Below the pieces are notes generated by a model. The model worked only from the letters and a program-made list of their open reading frames with translations, had not been told where the DNA came from and did not search any database. A stretch of DNA of 64,000 nucleotides from Calcarisporiella thermophila CBS 279.70 (Eukaryota; Fungi; Calcarisporiellomycota). A program made the translations under genes and the position numbers. Shown one piece after another: positions 1 through 11,794 of the stretch (within the stretch, counting starts at the first letter, position 1; each line of letters opens with the position of its first letter). Where the stretch lies: positions 747,264 to 811,263 of the forward strand of contig NW_027192197.1 in assembly GCF_041956535.1 (NCBI RefSeq). Direction: 5' to 3'.

Positions 1-864
1 GACGCTACCTTATCTCTCTCATGTATCGTCTCTGTTTTGTTCTTTTAATAGGTTCGCGCTTGAAGACGCTTCAGACCTCTTGCTCTCGGGAGTGCCGCCG
101 GCTGCCCCTCCCGGGATTGGTTGAACTCAATGCGAGCTCTCCTCATCGCACAGCGAATATTCGGTGGAACCTCATTTTACGCTTATTACTTAAATTTATT
201 AGGTGCTTAGCTTTGCAATCTTAACCGCTTCGCAGGTTACCGGGTGATAACGGGCGATTAGGTCCCAAGGCAGGCCGCCATGCATTGTGCGGAAGGCGAG
301 ACTGGAAGGGAGATGGCCCGGCTGGATGGGTACGAAAAGAAGCCGCAGAGCAGCTGAAAAAAAAAAAATAAAGCAAATAAGCGGCATGCGTTAGGTGGCA
401 AATGGCCCGTGGGAGATACGCCTCACATTAACAACGTGCCAGCCTGGCAGCAAGGGGGGAGGAAGGTGAACCGCCAAATGCAATATAGGGTATTTTTAGA
501 CATTAACATTTTGGATTATTAATTAGGTAACGCTGTTCCATCTCATAATTTATGACGGCCTCGGACCCTGTTTGAGGCTCTATATGGACATTCAGCATAA
601 TGTTAACACTTAACCACGCCCCAATGATACATCCCCAAACATTGCCGTGCTCTGATTGGTTCGCAGTGATGGTCTTTTCTCGAAAAATACGATTTTGGGC
701 TGAAATGAAGGATAAATGTGCCAATCCCATTGCTTTCGCCAAGGTGCGGTGCCGAGCCGACTTCTGCCCATATATATTATGCTGGACCCGAAATTCCCGA
801 ATTTTCGTTTGAGATAAAATAAAACTTAGAGAATTGGCCTTCTCCCCATTGACAACATTAAGAA

Positions 865-1822
865 ATGGAGACAACAACAACCACACAAGCTAGCACATTG
901 CAGTTCTCATTCCCACTGACTGTAGACCCATTGCCCCCCATGCCGTTCCAGAAAGAGGCAAGGCACCGGCGACGTAGCGCCCCCGTGCGCTCCTCATTAG
1001 TCACCCATTCCATGGCAACCCCACCCTTTTTCTCCCCCAACACCCATGAGCCATTCAGCTTCTCCACATTAACAGGAGAAGAGCCATCCCTACTACCACT
1101 TCCTAGCAAGGCCTTGTCTGGTATGCCATTCCGCTCTAGCTTCTTCGACCCCCTATCACGGTATTAATTAGGTCATCATGCTCTCTGATTTTTTAGGCCC
1201 AAGACCCATTGCTCCGGCCCCAAGCCCCTCTTTGACCTCCGCTTCGATGCTGACCCCAACCCCGCTATACCCTTCAGTACCACCCCCACCTCCTATGTCG
1301 GCGAAGCGCGCAGCAGCGCTTACCCGACGTGCCGCACAAAATCGGGCTGCACAGCGGGCCTTTCGCCAGCGCAAAATCCAATACATCAAGGATCTCGAGG
1401 ATAAGGCCACCGAGCTGGAGAAACTACGCGAGTCGTACGAATTGCTCAAGCGGGAGAACGAGCAGCTCCACGCCGCCATCCAAAAATACGAGCAACAGCA
1501 ATACTATTCGAACCGAAGCGAGAGACATAGCCTCTCGCCTGCCTCCGAAACAGAGCGCTCCCAAAGCTCCTCGTCCCCCTCATCAATAGGCCTCCTGCTT
1601 GGACTGGATAATCCGCAGGTGCTGAAGGATTTGGGATGGGGGAACGATGGGGCCTTGATCTCGAGCGAGCCGCTACAAAAGCACGCGCTGCACCAGCCCT
1701 CCATACTGCAGCAGCTGAATTTGCCCGACCCCGAGTCGGCCAATTCTGACAGCTCAGTGCAGGCGGAGCTGCGGTTTGGAGACTTGAGCATGGAGGATGA
1801 AAAAAAGCTCTGGAGAATATAA
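865..1822 (+). CDS. bZIP transcription factor (Yap/AP-1-like basic region); exons 865-1120 and 1197-1822
   Basis: RRAAQNRAAQRAFRQRK basic region followed by a leucine zipper. A GTATGC...CTGAT...TTTTAG intron at 1121-1196 joins ORF 865 to ORF 1178 in phase. Confidence 0.85.
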
Positions 1823-2292
1823 ACCAGATTCTCGCGATGATTCCCCTTGCAATAACTTTTCTTTTGGGAGCATGAGGCTTCTCCCGTTGTGTAAATACTT
1901 TTCATTCTTTTGCATTTTTTTTTTACATCTACATTCAAAATTAAGCCTCCGTCTATTTTCTCGTGATGAGAAGATACAAAAAAGTATACAGTCTGTTAAT
2001 ATGTTAATGCCGGTTGTCTCTTTTGAGCACTTCTTTTTGGTTTGTTGTACTAAGGCCAGAAAGCCAAAGATTGCGTTTAGCATATAAAGTTCGTGTGATT
2101 TTCATCCCCGATGATTGGCCAATGAGGCAAGAGATAGGAATCATGATGCAAAGCGCGGGCTGGGCCCCTCATTTCTTCTTGGAGATTTCGGCCAAGGATT
2201 GACGGGCAATCTGTGGAACGCATTTTGGGAATCCTATGTCTCCTCCCTCTCCTCCGCTCTTGCCGTGCTTTTTAGAGAGAAGCTGCTATTGA

Positions 2293-3719
2293 ATGAGAAG
2301 GAGCATGGCGGTCAATCTTCCTTTGAAACCCAACGTTATTGTTGCGCTTTTCGTGTTCTACACGCTGATAATATACTTCTGCTTCCGAATGGACACGGCG
2401 CCCAAATGCGCCTGCGACAGCGAGCGAATCATTCTGGAGTTGGAGCAGCGACTTCGTGAACAGCACCGCGACCTACCCGCTCCCACTTCTCCCCCAGCTC
2501 CACAGGATTATTGCACAGACACGGATCGCAATGCGGATCCCAATCACTCGAAGAATCATCTCGAGTTCTGGCGTCATTTGTCATCCCCTCTGGTCGAGGA
2601 ACAACGTGAGCAATGGCAGAGATTTGCCCAGAGCGTCTCCCCGTATCCCGAAGAGAGGTTTGGCGGCAGCGGTGTCGTGTTCACGGCAGGCAACAAGGAC
2701 ACGCTCGAGTTGACGTTGGTGAGTGTGCACATGCTCAGAAAACTGGGTTGCCATCTGCCAGTGGAGATATGGCACTTGACTGACGAGAAGCCGCCCGCCG
2801 ACATCTCGCTTCCCGCCAATGTGCAGTTGCGCGACCTAGGGAGCCCAGAGAATGTCCATCCTGCGGTGCGTCGTCACGACGCTGATAAGAACTTCCAGAT
2901 CAAAGCCGCCGCCATCATCAACAGCCGATTCGAGGATGTCCTCTATCTCGACTCCGACAACCTTCCGGTCCGAGATCCAACCCCCTTGTTTGCGAGCGAG
3001 GGCTACAAGAAGACGGGGGCGGTGTTCTGGCCGGATTATTGGAAGACCCACAAAGAAAATGCGATCTGGCGGGTGTTGGGGGTGAGGTGCTTAGACGAGT
3101 GGGAGCAAGAGTCTGGCCAGATCGTGGTGAACAAGCGGAGAGGGTGGAAACCACTGCAGCTGGCCTGGTATTTCCAGAATGAATACGAGTTCTATTTCCA
3201 GGTAGGCATTGGATTCCTGGTGAAGTCTGAGTTTAGCAAGCATGGAAATGTCCATCGATTTCTTTAACCCATGCCTATAAAAAAAATGCTTAGCTATTGA
3301 ATGGGGACAAGGACACCTTCCGATTTGCATGGAAGGCACTCGAACAACCCTACCACATGATGCCTCATTTTGTTGCGGCCGCCGGAGTCAAGGTTGGCGA
3401 TCGCTGGTGCGGTCACTCTATGCTGCAGCACGGCGATGACGGGAAGCCCCTTTTTATCCATGCAAACCTTATGAAGATCACCGACCGTCGTGTGCTCGGC
3501 GATCACCCATGGCAAGGGGTCAAGCGGTATCTAACGTCGAGGAGAAATACTCGGCTGCGGCCTGAGTTCTGGATCTCTTACGATGGTCGCGCCTGCATGG
3601 ATTTCATGGGAGGCGAGGGGGAGCCTGAAACCACCGTCGATGATTTTGAGCAAGTCCTTCCTGGGTTCCGAGATTTGTATTTTCAGGTTGGAGGAAAAGG
3701 AGGCGAAGAGCGTGGATAA
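2293..3719 (+). CDS. Golgi alpha-mannosyltransferase, MNN2/MNN5-like (GT71); intron 3202-3293
   Basis: N-terminal type II TM anchor; motifs YLDSDN, FWPDYW, EQESGQIVVNK and GDKDTFRFAW. Confidence 0.88.
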
Positions 3720-4421
3720 ACCACTGTAGGGCCGGCACCGCTCTCCCCATCCCACCTCCTTCCTGGTCCTCTTCTATAGAACTATTTCATATATATATAT
3801 ATACGCAAAGTTGCATAAACCCTGAGCTACCTATTTTTTCCTTTATCTTGTAAAATTGCTAGCGATTTGCTTTTGTTTCGTTTTCTCCAGCTTTCCTGTT
3901 CCTTTATCGAGACATTTTAATAAGAGCCCGAATGGCTTCTGGAATGGCACCCTAATCCTGTATGGTACAAGATTCGAGGCATGAAATTTCAATAGAAACA
4001 TTCATCTGTATATTTTATTTCCAATCAAAATGTATCCAGTACGGCTAGGGACATCATTTTCTCCGCCTTTCATCCTTCCCTTTCATTTCATTTCATCCCA
4101 TTTTGTGTCTTTGACTTGCTAGCAAAAATCAAGGTAATTCTTATCAAATATCAGTCGGGTATTCAATGGTGCGTGTGCGTTTCGACCCCGGATTTGAAAG
4201 GACCAACCCAGGATTCCGCGAGTAGGTCCTCAATATATGAGCTGATCGTGTTTATCCGTTATCATCCCCTAGCAGAATGGACTATGACTCTTGTACAAAA
4301 AAAAAGGACATGCATAGCTCTTTTATTTATCTTCATATTGCAGTACATTTTTTCAATTTTTTCCGTATTGAATGCATATTCAGCATTGATCTCTCCCCCG
4401 ATAGAGCGTGAACGACATGGT

Positions 4422-5658
4422 TTATTGAGGTTGCCACAGCGAATGGGCGACGCCTAATCAGAAAGAAGAAGTAAAAGGAAAGTTCAATGCGGCTCAATAT
4501 CAGTACACAGCCGAAGTTAACTTACCAGGTGCCCAGGTCGGATTGGATGTATGGCCCTGGAGACATAGGTAAGTGCGGCCATGATACACGACACGATCAC
4601 CAGGAGCATAGCTAGATGCGCCGGGAGATTAGGAAAGCTATGGATAATGTAAAGGGCACAAAGACTCACGTTCCAACGGGATCCCATTCGCGACCAGAAG
4701 CGCCATGGCCCGCCGGTTGCGCTTGATATTGACCGCCACCCTCCGTCACAAAGGCAGGTTCCTCCTTTTCAACAACAAAAGCAGGCCCTCCTCCCCCTTG
4801 TTGCTGCTGGAACTGCGCTTTGTTCTGCTCCCACTGTCGTCTCTCTTCTTCCAGTTTCCGCTTCTCCTCCTCGAACCTTTGACGTTCCTGCTCAACCAGC
4901 TGCTGCTGTTCCTGTTGCTGTTGGGCCGCCTGCTCCTCCTGGCGCTTGATCTCCTCCTCCTTCTTATTATGGTCGGTGATCAGTTTTCCTGCGAGTAGAC
5001 CTCCTCCAATGGCAAGCGCCGCACCCAACCCGCCAATGCCAGCTTGGGCAGCATGCCGCTGGTTCTCCCAATTTTTCATGCGCTTTTGATGCTCCGGATT
5101 GATGACCGAGTAACCTCGTCCGGGCTCTCCGCCCACTTGCTGGGCTTGTCCCCCGGGGATCAAGACGAGATTGACCTCTCCGGTCGTTTCGCCCTTGACG
5201 CCGAATATTTCGAACCATGCATTCAATGCTCCGCCTTGGACCTGGTTCAAGGGAATGGCGGCAAAACCAATCAGCTCGTCCATCCCGACTTTTTCGTCAT
5301 ATAGCTCGACGAAGAGTTCCTGGCTACCGAAGGGCTGGAAGTTGAAGGCTTGCCCGAACTATAGCCCACGGATATCCATTGATATCTTATCAGACTCCAA
5401 TATTTTAGGGGGAACAGCAAATCGAGTAGAAATAGTACCTGAGGATTTTGGCCGCCGTTTTTGGCGGTAAATGTGTGAGCGACCTCTTTGCCCTGCAAGT
5501 CGAAGCCGAGAATAACATAGGGATCCATCTGAGAGGGGCGCGGAAATGAGTCAATGTAGGAAGAATGATGGGAAGGCCCTTCTCACCTTTCCAATCATAC
5601 TCTGGTTCTTCAGGTTGCGCGCAGCATTCACTCGCACTTCAAGGAGTCCGGAGGCCAT
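4422..5658 (-). CDS. C2 domain - Gly-rich hydrophobic helix - coiled coil - C-terminal CBM5/12-like chitin-binding module protein, copy 1 (5 exons)
   Basis: Spliced translation MASGLLEVRVNAARNLKNQ..KMDPYV..GGQNPQF..ELYDEK..DELIG (C2). C-terminus WDPVGT|YAPGDRVVYHGRTYLCLQGHTSNPTWAP|GVAHSLWQPQ* fits the ChtBD3/CBM5-12 pattern. Canonical GT-AG introns. Confidence 0.8.
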
Positions 5659-6419
5659 GGTGGGTGATTAATTCAGAGAGGAAGAATTATGAAGGAAGAA
5701 AAAAGAGCAAAGTTCTCGTGAGAAAGAAGAGAGACTAAAAAAGAAAAATTGCGACTTGCAGGAGCTTTATTAAATCCCCCCTCGGCGCCTGCGATTTTAT
5801 CTCCCGCATCGCGCGCTGCTTTTTTCAAATGCAAGTAGATGGGAAAATAGGACAAGCCGAAGTAGCACTCCATTTGCCACCGCTCTCAGGCACCCATCGC
5901 ATTATGAATCCCGGTGGAACTCTGCCTGCTGCTTTGAAATTGACTGGCTGCTCGATCGGACTCCGTGACTACGTAATGCGAGCGCCAATGTCTTCTTTTC
6001 AATGACGACTTGGCACACCAGAGCCAGCCTATATTTAGCCTCCTCGTGCATACTCGAGTTGGGGCCCTGACGCGTCTTTCTTCGCACTCACCCTTCTAGA
6101 AGTTTCCTGCGTTGCTGGCTTGGCAGCCACAGAGACCATCCAGCTCTCCATCTCTAGAGAAGGATGCCCAGTTAGGAGAAATGGACACGGTGTAGCAAAC
6201 GCTTGGTCTCGTTGGAGCAGTTGTCTTCCATATGATTTCAGATACATAGGCTTATGTTCAATCTTGTGGTTTGGGGCAGTTCTTTTATTTATTATTTCGC
6301 TGAGGCCCGCTCAGCTATATTTGTTTTACAATTTCACGTCGTCAAGTATAACTGAGATTGTTTGTACTTTATCTGAGTACATTCTAATGTTCTCTGAAAT
6401 AAATGAGGCTACTTAGAAC

Positions 6420-7260
6420 ACTGACTTCATTTCAAAAAATAAGGTAATAGCTATGAACTTAGGGTGTGAGGAGAAATGCCGCTACGCCCATTCAAGTTTT
6501 CCGCGAAAACGGGTAACACACGTGGGGCTTACAGCCGGCGAAATCTTCGCATCGAATGTGAACACCGTTCCTCCATCCACATTTAAGCCTAGAATGTACT
6601 TTTGCCCAAATGCATTTTTTCTCGAGATGGTGCGCCACGGGTAAGGGGGTCCATCGTCGTCAGGACGGAGACGCACGAACAATTTTTTGGCGCATTCAGG
6701 GAACCTGTTCAACCAAATTAACGTTAGCCTGCCGGAAAGATAATTACTTGGAGGCATTTGGCGCTCACTGATCAAGTTGGAGCAATATATCGTGGTGCTT
6801 TGTAGTAATGCGCTTTTTGCCATAATAGGTGATCGTCCCATCTCGGTTCACCAGAGCGCTAATATCCTCTTGAAACGATGCCACCTTGCCGATGAGCAGC
6901 AAGAGAAAGAACACGGTGTTGCGCATATACATGCTCAAATAGTCTGAAAGAGAGCCGCAGAGCGGGTGTGCGGATAACCTGCACGTCGTATATCAGTGCG
7001 ACAACTCTCTTTGTAGAGTGGGGGTGTGCTTATATCATGATTTTCTATTTAGTGAGAAGCATGTTGCAAAAAATTGAAAATAAACTCGGGAATTGGATAA
7101 GCAACAATTTGCCATCCCATCTTTTCAAATCCTTTTCCAGTTGTGTATGATTTGATTCCCCTGAAAATAAGAACTCTTATCGAAATGCTCCGCTTCCTCC
7201 ATCAACTGTGAGAAGCGGTTGCCTATTTGAATCACCAAATTCCAGGGATGAGCTGAAGAG
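6420..7260 (-). pseudogene. Probable decayed, spliced gene of unknown family
   Basis: A clean intron GTGAGC...GCTAAC...AACAG (about 6706-6769) joins MYMRNTVFFLLLLIGK...LLQLDQ to FPECAKKLFVRLRP...KLEW. Upstream frames are interrupted and no domain is recognised. Confidence 0.3.
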
Positions 7261-8595
7261 TATAAACGACATCATGGGCTCTTGAATATCATTTCGATAA
7301 TTTTTTGGCTCTGTAGCTGAAATAGCCTATCCTACGATTGGAGTTGCATTGAAATGCTAGAGCCGATCGCACCAAATCTAGGATGATTTAGTTGGTTAAG
7401 CCTCTGGTCAGATGAATTTCAACCCTGTTCTGAATGTCGTCGCGTCACCCATCTTAGATTTGATATTCATTTCTATTAATATCTCTGTATTCACGATTCG
7501 CCAAAGGTATGTATTACGGACATCGCTTTTGCACAAGCCTTCGAAATCACCCCACTTTTTAATACAATTTCAATTTGGTCACCTTCGGAAAGTGCGGGAG
7601 GGAGAGAGTGGGTGCTAAGCGCCATCCATCCTGGAGGAAATGGCAGCTTGAAATCTATCTATATTGTTTCTATTTCGGCCAGGAAGATTTCAGAATAGAT
7701 CGGGTTCGGCTTCAATTCGGATCGGCATTAGTGGGCAAGGCATCCTCTTTTGCTGAACCCCACAAGTATCTCCAAGCTATTCCCACTTGGAAGCAGATAA
7801 GTCCGTTTTTCGTCCCATGCGGTTAGGGCGAGGCACTACAGGTTTTCCCCCAGGCTAATTTTGGCTTTAAGGCGACAAAAGAGTTTGAATTCAAAACTAT
7901 CACGTTGTCTTATCTCAATGTCATATAGAAACGAAGGTAAGCAGTTCATATGCTTCAGTTCTAAAATTATAAACACTCCTACTAAGCATTGGCCTACAAG
8001 ACAGCATCCGATTTGGTCGATTGAATATCGGGAGTTTTTAGAGTGCGCCCTTAATTGTGACTCACAACACCCATTTCCTGAGAGTCCCGTTGAGAGACAC
8101 TATACCAAGGGAATCAGGGCAGGGCGATGGGGGTTGGCCGAGCTAGCATGTAGAAAGGCGAGGGAAATGGTCGGTGACGTGCATACGATATCGGTAGGAG
8201 CGTAGATAGGGGATAGAGCGCTTATGGTAACCTCCGATGATGCAAAGGGGCTGGTTTGAATTCAAAATTCGACAGTCAGTTACCGTTGAGGTTAGCATCT
8301 TCCCTTGGTGGCTTTGCAACCCAGAGTAATTCGGAGTTGAAACTGCCAGAAGTCTTAAAAATAGGTCATTCTCTTCGAAAGGAACAAACAAAATAAGACA
8401 GGCCAGCACATCGCTAGCTGCGATTTTTTTTTATTCTACTATTATATTTTAGCCTTCTGGTTGTCCATCCCAACTGCATCTCTCCACTTCTTGCACCTCC
8501 CTTTTTGCTCTATTTACTCTTTTCCCCTCATAATAACATCCATCATCAAAATAATCAACTGGAGTTTGCCATCAGTGTCTTAGTGTCCATACATT

Positions 8596-11388
8596 ATGAG
8601 ATCTATAGGCTTAGTTAGTCTGGCCCTTATAGCTCTGCTTTGCGGGTCATCATCGGCCGCTTCTTCAACTCCTCATAAACTTGACCATAAAAATCGACAT
8701 TACTACTCTGTTGAGATCACAGAAGACACACATCCCACTATCATTGCACGCAGACTTGGGGCAGTATGGGAGGGTCCAATCGGAGAACTGACCCGACATC
8801 ATTTATTCAGCATACCTAAACGAGACTCGGAGAGACATTTGTTGGCTAGACGTGATGCGACAGAAGGCATCTTGTCGATGAGCAAGCAAGTGCCTCGTCT
8901 CCGCCACAAACGTGGGCCTATTCCAAATCTAGACGTCAATGACAAGGAATGTGTACAGCTGGAGAAGCGAGCACCTGAGCAGGTCTTGACTAGCTCCAAA
9001 ATAGCCAAACAGCTTAAGATTTTGGACCCCGGATTCTTCCAGCAATGGCATCTGGTTTGTACCACATCCCCACCGGATTCTCATCCCATCGGATAATTTA
9101 TTCTTTCTGTGCTTTTTCTTTTTCTTAGTACAATGAACATGAACCCGGAAATGATATTAATGTTACTGGGGTTTGGAGACAGGGTAAGTAGTGTTTGCCG
9201 CTGCTAAATTCCATTGAGGTTATTTATTGATTGAGTACCCTTTAGGAAACTACGGTGAAAACGTTGTGGTTGCCATCGTGGATGATGGACTGGACATGGA
9301 GAGCGATGATTTGAAGGAAAACTTTGTAAGCCACCTTCACTCCTATTTATACTTGATTCGACAAAATCTGATTTACATTTCTTTCGCTTTTTCTAAGTTT
9401 GCGCCTGGCTCATATGATTTTAACGACCATACTGACCTCCCTAAACCCCGTCTTCCTGACGACTACCATGGTACTCGCTGCGCTGGTGAAATCGCCGCCC
9501 AGAAAAATATTGTGTGCGGAATTGGGATTGCTCCCAGTGCAAAGGTTGCTGGTAATTAATGGCAATTTCAGATGGATTCACCCTTTCGCCAAGATCTTCA
9601 TGAAAACATATGCTTTGACTTAAACGAATAGGCATCCGTATTTTGTCAGCAAAAATTACGGACGCTGACGAAGCGGCCGCCCTCAACTACGGCTATCAAT
9701 ACAACCACATTTACTCGTGCAGTTGGGGCCCACCGGACAACGGTAAGGCAGTGGAAGCCCCCGAAGGGGTGGTCCATCAAGCACTTGTAAATGGAGTAGA
9801 GAAGGGACGCGGCGGCAAAGGTTCGATCTTCGTGTTCGCATCCGGCAACGGTGGAATCTATGACGACAACTGCAATTTCGATGGATATACCAATAGTCGA
9901 TACACTATCACCATCGGTGCCATCGATCACATGAATAACTACCCGGCCTATTCGGAGAAATGCTCTGCGATGTTGGCGGTCACTTACAGCAGTGGAAGCG
10001 GCAACTACATTGTACCTATCCCATCGGTTTATGAGTTTTATTTCAAGATTCGGCAAACTAACTTGGCCCTGTTTTATCAATAGTTCACCACGGATGTTGG
10101 GAAAAACACATGTGCCCAGCGCCACGGCGGTACATCGGCTGCGGCTCCTTTGGCAGCTGGTATTTTTGCCCTTGTCCTCTCGGTTCGCCCCGATCTTACC
10201 TGGCGTGACATGCAGCATCTCGTGGTGCAGACGGCAGAGCCGATCTCCCTTGACGAGGAGGACTGGGAGAAGACGGCATCTGGCCGTATGTTTAACCACA
10301 AGTTTGGGTATGGCCGGCTCGACACCTATCGCATCGTTGAAGCAGCCAAGACGTTCAAGAGCGTTGGCCCTGCTACCGTCATTAAGCTGCCCGTGATCAA
10401 GGTGGACATGACCATTCCCCAGAATGATGTTGGGATGACCTCGTCAGCCATTGTTTTGCTGGATAATGTGAAGTCGGCGAAACTTGGACGACTGGAACAC
10501 GTCACCGTCACCATCAATATGGAGCACGAGTATCGTGGCGATGTGGAGATCTTCCTCGTCAGCCCTGCGGGTGTCACGTCCGAGTTGGCGGCGCACCGCC
10601 GGTTCGATGACAGCACGGAGGGGTTGAAGAATTGGACCTTTATGACCGTGAAGCACTGGGATGAGAATCCCATTGGTAGCTGGACGTTGAAGGTGGTGGA
10701 CCAATTCAACCCCGACAAGGGCGGCAAGTTGTTGGACTGGCAAATCTCGTTCCACGGAGAACGCAATGAAAAAGCGGGAGAGGGTGTGGACTCGGGGGGT
10801 CCCAAGATCCCCGTGCCGAGCGTCCACTCCCCGGCGGCGACCAAAGGCAAACCCGCAGCAGCTAAACCCGCCCCCCCTCCCACCCCCAAGCCCCCAACCA
10901 CAACCTTCTCTGCCCCAGCTCCCAAAGAAACTACACCATCCACATCATCATCACCGTCGTCCATCGTGGAGCCCTCCAGCCCCAATGCCCAACCCACTAG
11001 CGCCAATCCAGCGGTGGAGGAAGGAAATGAACCCGTTACGCCTCAGGATGGGGCCATCTTTGACATTCGCACTATCATGTATATTGTTGCAGGCGCCCTC
11101 ATCACCGGGGTTCTTGCTGCTTTCGCCTATTTCGGGCGCAAATGGTGGAGCGACCGGAAGCAGAGGGATAACTATGAATTCTCAGTGCTCAACGGAAGTG
11201 AAGATGATGAGTCCCGTCAGCCACTGAGAGATGTCAAGGAAGAAGAGAACCAAGAGCTGTATGATGCGTTCGGAGAGAGCGATGAGGAGATGGAGGATGA
11301 AGAGGAGGTGTGGAGGAGGAGATTGAAGAAAAGAAGAACGACTTGTGATAACGTACATATTGGTATATACATTTTATTCCTTCCTTGA
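8596..11388 (+). CDS. KEX2: Kexin (S8B proprotein convertase), copy 1, about 6 exons
   Basis: Signal peptide, prodomain ending RHKR/LEKR, catalytic motifs AIVDDG, HGTRCAGE, ASGNGG and HGGTSAAAP, P domain, Ser/Thr/Pro stalk, TM helix, YEF plus acidic tail. Confidence 0.95.
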
Positions 11389-11794
11389 AATAGATTTTGT
11401 GCTTTGCTTTACAGGATATTGGATTTCTCATTTTACAAAAGCTTCCCCCCCTTATTTATCACCTTTCTCCCCCTTTTTTTTATTCCTTTTTTTTTCACAC
11501 CTATATTAGGTGTGTTTCTTCTATAGGTTTTTTTTTCTTTTATTCTTTGTCTGCTTGAATTCTGTTAAAACCCTATGGTATCCTCTTGGATATGAATGTC
11601 TATTCTCGATTTTCGCTCCTTTTATTCTTGTTTCCCTACTTTTTCTTTCTTTTTTTTTATATATTTAATAGTATTCATATTCCCATTTTTCTTTGAAATA
11701 CATTAATATTCAGGATATGAAAGCAAACAGATATAAAGGTTAAAAAAGGAAAGGAAAGACAAAAGTTCTACTCAAACAAGAGAATAAAATAAGC

